A stretch of DNA of 63,819 nt, the filler included. It is 10 parts of 10 records of this genome, joined end to end, with 100 filler letters (N's around TTAATTAATTAA, not from the genome) between each part and the next. Parts side by side here need not be neighbours in the genome. Positions count along the whole stretch, not along the records: positions 41,375 to 48,657 come from SRR31147125_78154; positions 48,758 to 56,817 come from SRR31147125_78234; 8 more parts are not named here. The stretch is one strand, 5' to 3'. Positions 43,171 through 54,442 of this stretch are shown here, piece after piece. Position 1 is the first letter of the stretch, and each line of letters opens with the position of its first letter. The position numbers were made by a program, and so were the translations under genes. The notes below the pieces were generated by a model. It was not told the DNA's origin. It ran no database searches and saw nothing but the letters and a program-made list of their open reading frames with translations.

Positions 43171-44020
43171 ATGCTCACTGCAATCCTCTGCCTTGGTGGA
43201 ATCGGCCTTGTCGCTGCAGCGACCCTCGGAGTTGCGGCAAAAAAGTTTGCCGTTGAGGTCGACCCCAGGGAAGCTGCCATCATGGACGTTCTTCCGGGTG
43301 CCAACTGCGGTGCCTGTGGTGAACCCGGTTGCTCCGGTTACGCCAAGGGCGTCGCTGACGGAACCATGCCACCGACTCTCTGCACACCGGGTGGCAGTGA
43401 TACCATTCAGGCGATTGCCGACATCCTCGGTATTGAAGCGGTCGCAACAACACCACAGGTCGCTGTCGTGATGTGTCAGGGTGACAACGCGAAAGCAACC
43501 AACAAGTATCATTACCTCGGTCTGTACGACTGCAACGCCGCGCAAAAACTGGCCGATGGTCCGAAAACCTGCCCGAGCGGATGTCTCGGCCTCGGATCCT
43601 GTGAGGCCGCCTGTCCCTTCGATGCGATTGAAATGACATCGGAAGGTCTGGCCGTCATCAATCGTGACAAGTGTACCGGTTGTGAGAAATGCGTCTCCAT
43701 CTGCCCGCTGGAGCGTTATCGCCATGACTCCGAAAGAGGCGACCACCCACGTTCTGTGCAACAGCAACGACAAGGGTGCAGCGGTTCGAAAATACTGTCA
43801 GGTCGGCTGCATCGGCTGCAACATCTGCAAGAAAACCGCACCGGAATCCTACGTTATCGAAAAGTTCCTGGCCCGTGTTGACTACGATCACCATCAGGAG
43901 GCAGCACAGGCGATTGAAAAGTGTCCCATGAAGTGCATTCACGATTTCAGCCACGGCTACCCTGAAGGCAGCAGCTTCAAGCTCGCGGCCAACAAGGGAT
44001 CACAAGACACAGCCGCCTGA
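43171..44020 (+). CDS. rnfB: Rnf subunit B (polyferredoxin), frameshift near 43710
   Basis: LPGANCGACG, CLGLGSC, CTGCEKCVSICP; the second part CIGCNICKK lies in ORF 43664-44020. Confidence 0.92.
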
Positions 44021-44036
44021 GAGGATTTGAACCATT

Positions 44037-45352
44037 ATGAGCCTGAAAACATTTGCCGGTGGACTTCACCCCCGGACAGTAAACATTACTCCGAACAGAA
44101 AGCGATCGAGGTCTGTCCCCTGCCGGAGCAGTTGGTCATTCCAGCAGCCCAGCACATTGGCGCCCCGGCTGAGATCTGTGTTGCCGTCGGCGACAAGGTC
44201 AAAAAAGGGCAGGTCATTGCCAATCCGAAAGGCTTTGTCTCTGTTCCGATTCACGCTTCGACCTCGGGGGAAGTCATCGCCGTCGAACCGCGCCTGCACC
44301 CAATGGGCCGAGCACTCCCGGCGGTGGTCATCCAGGCTGATGGTGAGGACTGCTGGGATGAGTCCCTTGAAAAAAACGACCCGGATCAGCTTGATCCGAA
44401 CAGCCTGAAGCAGATCCTGTCCAAGGCAGGAATCGTTGGTCTGGGGGGTGCGACCTTTCCGGCTCACGTCAAGCTGTCTCCCCCGGCGGAGAAGAAAATC
44501 GACACCCTGATCCTCAACGGTGTTGAGTGTGAGCCGTTCCTGACTGCTGACCATCGGTTGATGCTGGAAGAGAGCGAACGCGTCATCGATGGGATCAAGA
44601 TTTTGTGCAAGATTCTCGGCATCGACAGAGCAGTCATCGGTATTGAGGCCAATAAGCCGGATGCCATTGAAGCGATGACAGCCGCCTGTGCGCCACACAA
44701 CATCGAGGTGGAAACACTCGAGGTCAAGTACCCTCAGGGAGCAGAAAAACAGTTGATCGATGCCGTCACCGGCCGTCAGGTTCCATCCGGGGGCCTGCCG
44801 ATGGACTGCGGCGTAGTCGTCCAGAATGTAGGCACCGCCGCTGCCATCAGCGATGCGATCCGTCTGGGACAGCCGCTGGTTGAGCGTATCGCGACTGTCA
44901 CCGGACCCGGGATCAAAGAACCAAAAAATCTGAAAATCACCATCGGCACCCCGCTGTCACACATGGTTGACGTCTGCGGCGGTCTGAAAGGCGAACCGGG
45001 CAAAATTATCATGGGAGGCCCGATGATGGGCCAGACGCAGCTGTCTCTGGATGTCCCGGCGATTCGTGGAACCTCCGGCCTGCTGATCTTCCGCAAGGAT
45101 GATGTGCCGACCACGCCGGCAGGCCCCTGCATCCGTTGCGGCCGCTGTATCAGCGTCTGTCCAATCCATCTGCAGCCAACGACCATCGCAACCTACGCTC
45201 GTCTTGATATGGTTGACGAGGCTGAACAATACAACGCCCTTGACTGCATCGAGTGCGGTTCCTGTACCTATATCTGTCCGGCGACGCTACCGCTGGTTCA
45301 GTCGATCCGTCACATCAAGGGCGGTATCATGGCCAAGAGAAGGAAGTCCTGA
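44037..45352 (+). CDS. rnfC: Rnf subunit C, frameshift near 44070
   Basis: MSLKTFAGGLHP start, QHIGAP, GIVGLGGATFP, NGVECEP, YPQGAEK and two CxxCxxC motifs. Confidence 0.94.
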
Positions 45353-45353
45353 C

Positions 45354-46355
45354 GTGGAAAATCAGCTTTATCTGTCATCATCACCCCATATTCACAGCGG
45401 GGAGACCACGGACAAGGTGATGCGCCTGGTCATTTATGCTCTGCTGCCGGCGACCCTCCTGTCCGTTTACCTGTTCGGTCTCCCGGCCTTGAGCGTCCTG
45501 TTGATCTGTACGCTCGGCTGTGTTGCTTTTGAAGCATTGGCCTGCAAGCTGATGGGTCAGCCGCAGTCGATCCGTGACGGGTCCGCCGCCTTGACCGGTA
45601 TCCTCCTGGCGCTTAACATGCCGCCTTCCAGCCCCTGGTGGCTGTCACTGCTTGGTGCTGCAATTGCCATTCTCATTGGCAAGCAGGTTTACGGAGGCCT
45701 CGGCTACAACCCGTTTAACCCGGCCCTGGTGGCCCGTGTTGTTCTGCTGATCTCCTTCCCGGTTCAAATGACCACCTGGACAGCTCCAGCCCCGATCGGC
45801 TCCGGCCTTGACGCCGTGACCAGCGCGACTCCGCTCGGTGAAATGCAAACAGCTGTCATGCTCACCGGACAGCTCCCGGAGACGGCAACCAGCGGTTTCG
45901 GCAATTATTTCCTCGGCAGCATGAGTGGAAGCCTCGGCGAAGTTTCAGCCCTGCTCCTTCTGCTCGGCGGCCTGTTCCTGCTATTTAAAAAGATCATCAC
46001 CTGGCATATTCCCGGCAGCTTCATCGGCACCGTCATTATCGTCGGCGGGATCTTCTGGCTCATCGATCCAAGCAAGTATCCCAACCCCGTGTTCCACCTG
46101 GTTACCGGGGGCCTGATACTCGGCGCCTTCTTTATGGCGACTGATATGGTGACCTCACCGGTGACCTACAAAGGGATGCTGATCTTCGGCTTCGGCTGCG
46201 GCCTGCTGACCGTCCTGATCCGCCTTTTCGGTGGCTACCCCGAGGGCGTCTCCTTCGCCATCCTACTGATGAACGCCGCAACCCCACTGATAGATCGCTA
46301 CACCCGCCCGAAAATTTACGGACAGGTTGAACGCAAAGCACAGGCGGAGGGATAA
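45354..46355 (+). CDS. rnfD: Rnf subunit D
   Basis: SSSPHIH, KQVYGGLGYNPFNPA, FMN site TSATPL, FFMATD, GGYPEG. Confidence 0.95.
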   Translation: MENQLYLSSSPHIHSGETTDKVMRLVIYALLPATLLSVYLFGLPALSVLLICTLGCVAFEALACKLMGQPQSIRDGSAALTGILLALNMPPSSPWWLSLLGAAIAILIGKQVYGGLGYNPFNPALVARVVLLISFPVQMTTWTAPAPIGSGLDAVTSATPLGEMQTAVMLTGQLPETATSGFGNYFLGSMSGSLGEVSALLLLLGGLFLLFKKIITWHIPGSFIGTVIIVGGIFWLIDPSKYPNPVFHLVTGGLILGAFFMATDMVTSPVTYKGMLIFGFGCGLLTVLIRLFGGYPEGVSFAILLMNAATPLIDRYTRPKIYGQVERKAQAEG

Positions 46356-46357
46356 CC

Positions 46358-46963
46358 ATGAAAGAAATGAGCCGCCTGTTAATTGCCCTGACCCTGATCG
46401 CAGCGGGAGCCGGACTGATCCTCTCTCTGGTTGAAAGTGTCACCCGGGAACCGATCAAAGAACAACGCCGCCTGCAGATGCTGAAAGCTTTAAGCGCCGT
46501 TCTGCCCGAATTCGATAACAGCCTGGATACCGACACCGTCGTTCTCGAAAACGGTGTCGACAAGAAGGGGAACCCGATCAAGGTCATCTTCTACCGAGGC
46601 CGCAAAGACAACGCCCTGGTCGGAACCGCCTTCAAGGTCGTGGCTCCTGACGGTTACAGCGGAAATATTGATGTCATGATCGGTGTCAAACCGGACGAAA
46701 CATTGCAGGCCATTGAAGTCCTGTCTCATGCTGAGACGCCCGGACTGGGCGACAAGATCACCTTGCCCTGGTTCAAAGACATGTTCAAAGGTAAAGGGCT
46801 CGATAACGCCGACTGGCGTGTCAAGAAGGACGGTGGCGAGTTCGATCAGATTACCGGTGCGACCATCTCGCCCCGGGCCATTGTCGGAGCGATCAGCAAA
46901 GGATTGACCTTCTACCGTCAAAACAAAACCAAGATCGTTGCTGATCAAGGAGTTGAAAAATGA
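46358..46963 (+). CDS. rnfG: Rnf subunit G
   Basis: GYSGNI, HAETPGLG, FMN site ITGATIS. Confidence 0.95.
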   Translation: MKEMSRLLIALTLIAAGAGLILSLVESVTREPIKEQRRLQMLKALSAVLPEFDNSLDTDTVVLENGVDKKGNPIKVIFYRGRKDNALVGTAFKVVAPDGYSGNIDVMIGVKPDETLQAIEVLSHAETPGLGDKITLPWFKDMFKGKGLDNADWRVKKDGGEFDQITGATISPRAIVGAISKGLTFYRQNKTKIVADQGVEK

Positions 46964-47553
46964 ATCTGATGCAGGATTTCAGCAAAGGGATCTGGAAAGA
47001 GAACGCCGTCTTCAAGCTGCTGCTCGGCTTGTGTCCCGTTCTGGCGGTCACCACCAGCGCCGAGAACGGTCTCGGGATGGGGATGGCAACGACGTTCGTA
47101 CTCGTCTGCTCGAACATTGTTATCGCCATTTTACGGAAACTGATTCCGTCCAAAGTCCGCATTCCGGCCTTTATCATTGTCATCGCCTCGTTTGTCACCG
47201 TCGTCCAGCTGTCGATGGAAGCCTGGGTTTACGGGCTCTACCAGTCACTGGGAATCTTTATCCCACTGATCGTTGTTAACTGCCTGATCCTCGGCCGGGC
47301 TGAAGCCTTTGCGTCCAAGAACCCGGTCTCACGCGCGGTTTTTGACGGCTTCGGCATGGGTTTCGGATTTACTTTGGCGCTCTTCATCCTCGGGGCTGTC
47401 CGTGAAATTTTCGGTTCAGGGGCGATTATGGGGATCAGCATCTTTGGGGCCGGATACCAGCCGATGCTGCTGATGATCCTGCCGCCGGGAGCCTTTATCA
47501 CTCTGGGCCTGCTGCTGGCCGCCATGAACAAGTACGAGGCCAGCCGTTCCTGA
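46960..47553 (+). CDS. rnfE: Rnf subunit E
   Basis: LGLCPVLAVT, VRIP, PLIVVNCLILGRAEAFA, ILPPGAF. Confidence 0.95.
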   Translation: MNLMQDFSKGIWKENAVFKLLLGLCPVLAVTTSAENGLGMGMATTFVLVCSNIVIAILRKLIPSKVRIPAFIIVIASFVTVVQLSMEAWVYGLYQSLGIFIPLIVVNCLILGRAEAFASKNPVSRAVFDGFGMGFGFTLALFILGAVREIFGSGAIMGISIFGAGYQPMLLMILPPGAFITLGLLLAAMNKYEASRS

Positions 47554-47734
47554 GAAAAGAAGGTTTGACACGAAGACACGGGCAAAAAGAAAATCGAAAT
47601 TCATCTTTAAAAGATATAAAAACCTGAGATAGCTTTTCTGCTGCTCTGCGTTAAGAATGAACTTAAGGGTCTCTTGGTGCCCTTGGAGCCTTAGTGGCTA
47701 TGCAGCCCTTGTTTTGGTGATAGGCCCGAAAAAT

Positions 47735-47767
47735 AAAGCCCGGCAACTTGAAGTTGTCGGGCTTTTT
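47735..47767. terminator. bidirectional intrinsic terminator
   Basis: AAAGCCCGGCAACTT-G-AAGTTGTCGGGCTTTTT between convergent genes. Confidence 0.75.
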
Positions 47768-47845
47768 ACGTGCAGGAGCCGACCAGACGGCCGACCCCTA
47801 TAAACAGCGACCCTCACAACCAGGGAGCCGCTGGAATTGTCTGGT

Positions 47846-48184
47846 TTACCAACCAAACCGGAAGATGATCGGCGGAAAACCGAGCAGGACTCGTGCACCG
47901 GCGTAGTAACGATCGTCATGACGCCGCTCGTGTCTCAGTGCTCGTTTGGTCTGGCGCAGATCTCGCCGGGTTTCACGCAACTCACGCCTCAACTCTCTTT
48001 TGTGCTTCTGTCGATGCTTCTGTACTTTATGATTGGCAAAATGCTTATTGTGTTTGTGATCCTTTTTCACATAAACCTTGTACACATCATGGCGATCTCC
48101 GCCATGCTTTCCATGGGCTGAAGCAACGATTGGAACCATCAGGAACATCAGAGCGGTCAGTAAAATGATCATAGTTTTTTTCAT
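47846..48184 (-). CDS. small secreted His/Lys/Arg-rich protein
   Basis: AAGGAGG RBS, signal peptide MKKTMII...ASA/H, basic coiled-coil, hydrophobic end IIFRFGW. Confidence 0.7.
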   Translation of the reverse strand: MKKTMIILLTALMFLMVPIVASAHGKHGGDRHDVYKVYVKKDHKHNKHFANHKVQKHRQKHKRELRRELRETRRDLRQTKRALRHERRHDDRYYAGARVLLGFPPIIFRFGW

Positions 48185-48409
48185 GGCATCCTCCTTAGCA
48201 GGTGTTTTGTCTTTCCTTCCCTGTGCTGTGATCCAACCATAACCAAGAAAAACGTCGATTTCATTCGACATCGATGCAAATTCGCCCAGATGTCGGGTCA
48301 TTTTTCCATATTTTCAATAAGTTACGATCATTTCCGAAAGAATAAGAAAACAAAAAAAGACCATCAAAATGATGGCCTTCTATCTAACTTTCTGCTTTAA
48401 CAATCTCGA

Positions 48410-48657
48410 TTAACTGGTAAGGATACGATCCTTACCCTGCTTTTTCGCCTGATACATCCCCTTGTCAGCGATTTCAACCAGGTCGTATAAAGATTCCAGG
48501 TTACGATCCGCGTAGGTTGAAACACCCACGCTGACCGTGATTCTATTCGAGGGAAGCCCCTCAAACTGATGCGCCCGAATCATGGAATGAATTCGGCTCG
48601 CGACATCGAGGGCCCCATCCTGTGACGTGTTCGGAAGAATAAGAGCAAACTCCTCCC
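48410..48657 (-). CDS. diguanylate cyclase (GGDEF) C-terminal fragment
   Basis: Manual translation EEFALILPNT...ITVSVGVST...ADKGMYQAKKQGKDRI. Confidence 0.85.
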
Positions 48658-48757
48658 NNNNNNNNNNNNNNNNNNNNNNNNNNNNNNNNNNNNNNNNNNN
48701 NTTAATTAATTAANNNNNNNNNNNNNNNNNNNNNNNNNNNNNNNNNNNNNNNNNNNN

Positions 48758-48875
48758 GGTCGTGATCTCCCTATCTTCCCGGCTGGGATTCTGATTGCCG
48801 CTGGGATGGGTTTGGGCCACGATGACAGCCGTGGCGTGTTCTTTCAGGGGATCGCTGAAAACCTTTGTCTCAGTG
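48758..48875 (-). pseudogene. RadC/JAB domain fragment
   Basis: KVFSDPLKEHATAVIVAQTHPSGNQNPSREDREITT; the HNH metal motif is altered to QTH. Confidence 0.6.
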
Positions 48876-49057
48876 AAAACTACTATCCAATTTACAGTAT
48901 CTTATGGAAAATAGAGGTTGTGCTTCAGCTCTCAGGTAATGCGTTAATTATGCAATATCGTGAAAAATTTACGACAAAAAGGGTTAGGACAAAAAACAGG
49001 TTGAGATATACAATGTAATAGTGAATTATACATAAACTGTGAGAAATAGGTGTCAAT

Positions 49058-51381
49058 ATGAAATCAGTTACAGAGATAGAGAATATAGTAAAAAAAATGT
49101 CATTGGCGGAAAAGGCCTCTCTTTGTTCCGGTAAGGATTTCTGGAGAACCCAGGAGATAGACCGACTGGGAATTCCCTCTGTGATGATGACAGACGGCCC
49201 CCATGGATTGCGAAAACAGGGTGAAAGAACTGATCATCTCGGACTGTCAGCAAGTGTTCCGTCTACCTGCTTCCCCTCCGGCGCTGGTTTGGCTTCAAGT
49301 TGGGATAGAGACATAATTACCCGGATAGGGAAAGCTATCGGAGAAGAGGCTCAGGCACAGGAGGTCGGGATTGTTCTTGGACCCGCTGTGAACATAAAAA
49401 GAGACCCGCTGTGCGGCAGGAACTTTGAGTATTTTTCTGAGGACCCATACCTGACCGGCGAATTGGCAAAAGAGTATATAGCTGCAGTTCAAAGTCAGGG
49501 GGTTGGTACTTCTATCAAGCATTTTGCCGCCAATAATCAGGAAACACGACGCATGACAATAGATACTTTGGTGAGTGAACGCACTTTGAGAGAGATCTAT
49601 CTTCCGGCTTTTGAGATTGCGGTCAGAGAATCTCAGCCTTGGACAGTTATGTGTGCCTACAATAAATTGAATGGAGTATACTGTTCGGAACATGCTGAAC
49701 TGCTCACCACGATCCTGAAAGAGGAGTGGGGGCATACCGGAATCGTGGTTACGGATTGGGGAGCATGCAATGATCGGGTTGCAGGGTTGAAGGCCGGTAT
49801 GGAGCTTGAAATGCCGGGATCCTATGGATTCAATGATGCAGAAATTACTGCAGCTGTCCAGCGTGGTGATCTTGATGAGCATGTCCTTGATGCCGCAGTT
49901 TCCAGAATATTGAGAGTACTGTTTCTAGCGGATGAATTGCATAAACCTGATTATGCATACTCTGCTACCCAACATCATGCCCTGGCAAGAGAGATTGCCG
50001 GGGAGTGTATGGTACTGCTGAAAAATGACAATGAGGTCCTCCCAATTCGCAGCGGTAAGAAAATTGCGGTAATTGGTGCTTTCGCCAAAAATCCGCGTTA
50101 TCAGGGCGGCGGAAGTTCTCATATTAATCCGTATAGACTGGATTCAGCCTTTGAAGAAATCTGCAAGTTGAGGAGAGGGCAGGATGGCGGTGAAGTTCTC
50201 TTTGCCGATGGATATGAGGTCTCCTCAGAAACAGATGGTTCAGCGTATCTTGTGGAGGCCCTTGATGTGGCCTCACAGGCCGATATCGTTGTAATTTTTG
50301 CTGGATTGAGAGACAGGGAGGAGTCTGAGGGTTTTGACAGGACTCACATCAATCTATCTGATGACCAGAATAAACTCATACTGAAGATTTCCGAATTACC
50401 GGCTCCTGTGGTAGTGGTGCTCAGTAATGGTTCTCCCATCGCTATGCCGTGGATTACACAGGTTTCCGGTGTGATAGAGGGATATCTGGGTGGCGAAGCC
50501 GGCGGGGGGCGATAGCCGATATATTACTTGGTAAAGTTAATCCGTCCGGTAAATTGGCAGAGACATTTCCTGTCCGTCTGGAGGATACTCCAGCTTACCT
50601 CAACTTTCCGGGAGGAATCGATTCTGTAGCATATGATGAGGGTATTTTTGTCGGATACCGGTATTATGAAGCCAAGAGAATTGAACCTTTGTTCCCCTTC
50701 GGTTTCGGGCTGAGTTACACCTCATTCTCCTACAGTGATATGCAATTGAGCAGTACATCTGTTTCAGATGAGGAGACAGTGACTATCAGTGCGCTGATTG
50801 AGAACACTGGAATGCTTGCCGGCAAAGAGGTGGTGCAGCTGTATGTTCGTGATAGGGAATCTTCAGTCATAAGACCACTGAAAGAGTTGAAGGGGTTTAT
50901 GAAGGTTTCGCTTGACCCAGGAGAAAACAGGAGGGTGGAGTTTGTACTGGATGCCCGATCGTTTGCCTATTGGAATACTGATCGCAGTAAGTGGGTGGTG
51001 GAATCCGGGGAGTTCGAGATACTTATAGGAGCATCGTCTACCGACATTCGGTTGAAAGCTGACTGCGAAGTATTTGCAGCTGAAGTGCAGGATAGGAAAT
51101 TTACTTTGAACTCCAGATTGGCAGAATTCCAGACTCACCCCATAGGCAGGCAGGTAATGGGCGCCCTGATGCAGGGAAGTGGTGAAAATCTTATGGACGA
51201 TGCAGATAATGACAGCCATGGGGCACTCATGCTGCAGAAAATGCTCAAAGATGCCCCATTCAGGACTCTGGTGATGTTTTCAATGGGAAAACTCTCCTTT
51301 AAGGCTGCTGAAGGAATTTTAGCAGTAATGAATGGGGAGCTTCCCGTTTCCGTTCTGGGAGATTTGCTGAAGCCGGAATAG
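49058..51381 (+). CDS. GH3 beta-glucosidase, frameshift near 50505
   Basis: TDGPHG, GRNFEYFSEDP, KHFAAN, nucleophile VTDW, ESEGFDR; second part NPSGKLAETFP, FPFGFGLSYT and an FN3-like domain. Confidence 0.93.
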
Positions 51382-51393
51382 GGCTCTCAATAA

Positions 51394-52353
51394 TCAGCGA
51401 TCAAGATATTTGATAATACTATCTATAGGAGATTCTTCTTCAAGTGCGGCATACCACTCAGTCTTCTTCTGGTTTGATTCAAGTTTCTGCTTATGAGCCT
51501 GACGCCATTTTGAGGGTGTTGTGTTATGAAATTTATGAAACATGTTGTTAAATGTATTAAGATTGGAAAATCCTACACCATAGGCAATATCTGTTATGCA
51601 GTCATCGGTCTCAATCAATAGCTGCAGGCTTTTATTGAGGCGGAAAGTGTGCAGATAATCCCTGAATCCGCATTTCATATATTTTTTGAAAAATCTGGAT
51701 AAATAGCTTTCGGTAAGGTTTTCCTGGAGAGCGACCTCCTCCAGAGAGAGCTTCTCCTGATAATTGTTTTCAATATAATCCACGATTTTTTTCAACCGGC
51801 TGTGAAAACTCATATACTCCTGATTACTGAAGGAGAAGCTGTCCGACCTGACCTCATGCTCTACCTCTCTCAGGAGTGAACCGAGGATCGAGAAGAGCGA
51901 ACTTTCAATAACCATCTTATAGCCGCTGTTTTTCATTCTCTTTTCCCACATTATCCGGCACATGTGCGTCCGTATACTGTTCACTAGTTCAACCGGCAGT
52001 TCCTGCTCAACAGCATCCTGGATATAGGTGAACTTAAAGAACATTTTCTTTATTTCCGGTTCATACTTTTCAATGAAATCGGGTAGGATCTGCAGGATCA
52101 GAATTAAGTTATCCTTGCTTATCTGCTGTGTACTGTGGTAATGGTGGCTGTTTATAAAGGCAAGATCACCGGGTTTCAGGTGATATATACTATTATCTTT
52201 CAGTAATGATATTTCACCTTTCAGCACCAGAAGAAACTCCATATCTTCATGCCAGTGGAAAGGAGAAGATCGTAATTTCTGAAAAAAAGAGCGAAATGGC
52301 ATCCCGTCTTCATGAATTACCAGTTCGCTTTCACCAAATGCAGGCTCACTCAT
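51394..52353 (-). CDS. AraC family transcriptional regulator
   Basis: Cupin HWHEDMEF and C-terminal HTH YLSRFFKK...IAYGVGFSN. Confidence 0.93.
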   Translation of the reverse strand: MSEPAFGESELVIHEDGMPFRSFFQKLRSSPFHWHEDMEFLLVLKGEISLLKDNSIYHLKPGDLAFINSHHYHSTQQISKDNLILILQILPDFIEKYEPEIKKMFFKFTYIQDAVEQELPVELVNSIRTHMCRIMWEKRMKNSGYKMVIESSLFSILGSLLREVEHEVRSDSFSFSNQEYMSFHSRLKKIVDYIENNYQEKLSLEEVALQENLTESYLSRFFKKYMKCGFRDYLHTFRLNKSLQLLIETDDCITDIAYGVGFSNLNTFNNMFHKFHNTTPSKWRQAHKQKLESNQKKTEWYAALEEESPIDSIIKYLDR

Positions 52354-52397
52354 GCAGTAATCTTAGGTTCATCGATTTCATTTGTCAAGTTTGAAGT

Positions 52398-53294
52398 TTA
52401 CCCCTTTATAGAACCGAGCATCACCCCGCGGACAAAGTATTTCTGCAGGAACGGATAAAGGATCATCAATGGCAGTGCACCCACCACGATGGTGCCGTAT
52501 TTGATAAGATCTGCCACCCGCATCTTTTCCGCCACCTCTTCGGGATTTCCCATCATCTCGATATTCACCTGATTCTGAATGAGTATCTCTCTCAGAATGA
52601 GCTGGAGGCTGAATTTATTACTGTCCCCAAGATATATCATGGCAAAGAAATAGTCGTTCCACAAGAAGACACCATGAAACAGAATATTGATCGCAATGAT
52701 CGTTTTTGAGAGGGGCAGGACCACCTTCAGGAAGAAATAGGTATCTGAGGCTCCGTCAATTCTTGCTGCATCATGCAGACCGGAGGGTATAGAGGAATGA
52801 AAGAATGTCCTGGTAATTAGTATAGTATAGGGACTCATAATAAGCGGCAGTACTATTGCCCAGTAGGTATTATAGAGGCCCAGATTTCTGATAACGAGAA
52901 AATTAGGTATAATTCCGCCATTAAAAAACATGGTGATAATTAGGATTATGGTAAAAAGTGTTCTTCCGTAGAAATCCTTTCTGGAAATTGCATAGGAAAA
53001 GGGAAGGATAACAACCAGTTGTGTGGCAATTCCCAATGCTAGGATAATAATTGAATTACGGTACCCTATCCAAATTTCCGAATTCTTGAAGATTGTCGCA
53101 TACCCCTCCAAACCAATACCTTTGGGGATAAATATCACATCTCCCATATTTACCAGAGCCGGATCACTTACCGATGCAATGATAATAAAGTAAAGCGGAT
53201 AAATGATCAGTATCAGTAAAAGGGTGAGGAAGGTGAAATTGGCAGTATCGAAAATGATATCGCCTTTTGTTCTTTTCAGTGTTGATTTCGGCAT
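52398..53294 (-). CDS. carbohydrate ABC permease (YtcP/LplC-like)
   Basis: YPLYFIIIASVS, MFFNGGIIP, DAARIDGA, YPFLQKYFVRGVMLGSIKG. Confidence 0.92.
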   Translation of the reverse strand: MPKSTLKRTKGDIIFDTANFTFLTLLLILIIYPLYFIIIASVSDPALVNMGDVIFIPKGIGLEGYATIFKNSEIWIGYRNSIIILALGIATQLVVILPFSYAISRKDFYGRTLFTIILIITMFFNGGIIPNFLVIRNLGLYNTYWAIVLPLIMSPYTILITRTFFHSSIPSGLHDAARIDGASDTYFFLKVVLPLSKTIIAINILFHGVFLWNDYFFAMIYLGDSNKFSLQLILREILIQNQVNIEMMGNPEEVAEKMRVADLIKYGTIVVGALPLMILYPFLQKYFVRGVMLGSIKG

Positions 53295-53304
53295 ATTTCC
53301 CTCC

Positions 53305-54275
53305 CTACCACAATGAATTTTCAGAGACTTTTCGACTCAGGGCATTCATACTGATCAGCAGTGTGATGTTTATCAAAGCTTCAAATAATCCGACTGCTGT
53401 TGCGAAACTGTATTGTCCATTAAGGAGTCCTGACTTATATACATAGGTTGAAATTATCTCTGAGGATTGAATATTCAGGGGAGTCTGCATCAGGTAGGTT
53501 TGCTGGAATCCGATGCTGATCATTCTTCCGGCATTCAGGATGAGCAGTACAATGGCAATAGGTACTATAGCCGGGATATCAATGGCTTTCATTCTCTGGA
53601 ATTTCGTCGCTCCATCAACAATAGCCGCTTCATGCAGTTCTGGGCTGACATTGGCCAGCGCACCAAGATAGAGTATTGTTCCATAACCGGTATTTCTCCA
53701 TATATTCGAGACTATATAGATTGGGCGGAAGTAAGAGGCATCTCCCATGAAAAATATAGGTTCTCCCCCAGTTTCGTGATAATGAAATTAACCACTCCTG
53801 TAGATGGTGAGAGGAAGCTGAACAGAACCCCTACCAGTACGACGATGGAGATGAAATAGGGGGCAAAAATCACTGTCTGGATAAAGCGCTTATATTTCTG
53901 CTGTCTGAGCAGATTCAGAGAAAGAGCGACTATAATCGGGATCGGGAATCCAAATATCAGCTGGCCAAAAGAGAGCAAAAGCGTATTTTTCATCATCGGC
54001 CAGAAGTTGTAGGATAAAAACAGACGTGTGAAATGCTTAAAACCGACCCATTTACTCCCGAAAAACCCTTTAACGAATGAGTAATCACGAAATCCGATTT
54101 GCACTCCATACATTGGCAGATACCGGAACAACAGAAGTACCAGGATTCCAGGCAGTACAAACAGGTACAGCTGGCGGGCTGAAAGGATTCTCTGCAGTTT
54201 CGTGGGTTCGTGAAAGGATGTCATGCCGAGCTCTTTCAGTAATGCCTCTTTCTTTTTTCGTCTCATAAAAGCCAT
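53305..54275 (-). CDS. carbohydrate ABC permease (LplB-like), frameshift near 53750
   Basis: FRYLPMYG, KWVGFKHF, PYFISIVV; then WRNTGYG, EAAIVDGA, YSFATAVGLF. Confidence 0.9.
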
Positions 54276-54442
54276 TTCCCCTTTTTTATGTGTTGCTCGA
54301 TTCTACACCTGAAAATTCTATCCGTAAACAATCCGGAGGATGCATGTACATAAACGTGAAAATGTTAGTACAAAAAAGAGTAAGACAGCCACCATTCGGT
54401 GCAGTACTATAAAATCAGTCGTATTTCAATAAGGAGATTTAT

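Noticed and set aside
43171-45352. Programmed frameshifting or pseudogenisation of rnfB/rnfC
   Set aside because: Similar single indels occur across all contigs, mostly in homopolymers; sequencing error is the simpler explanation.
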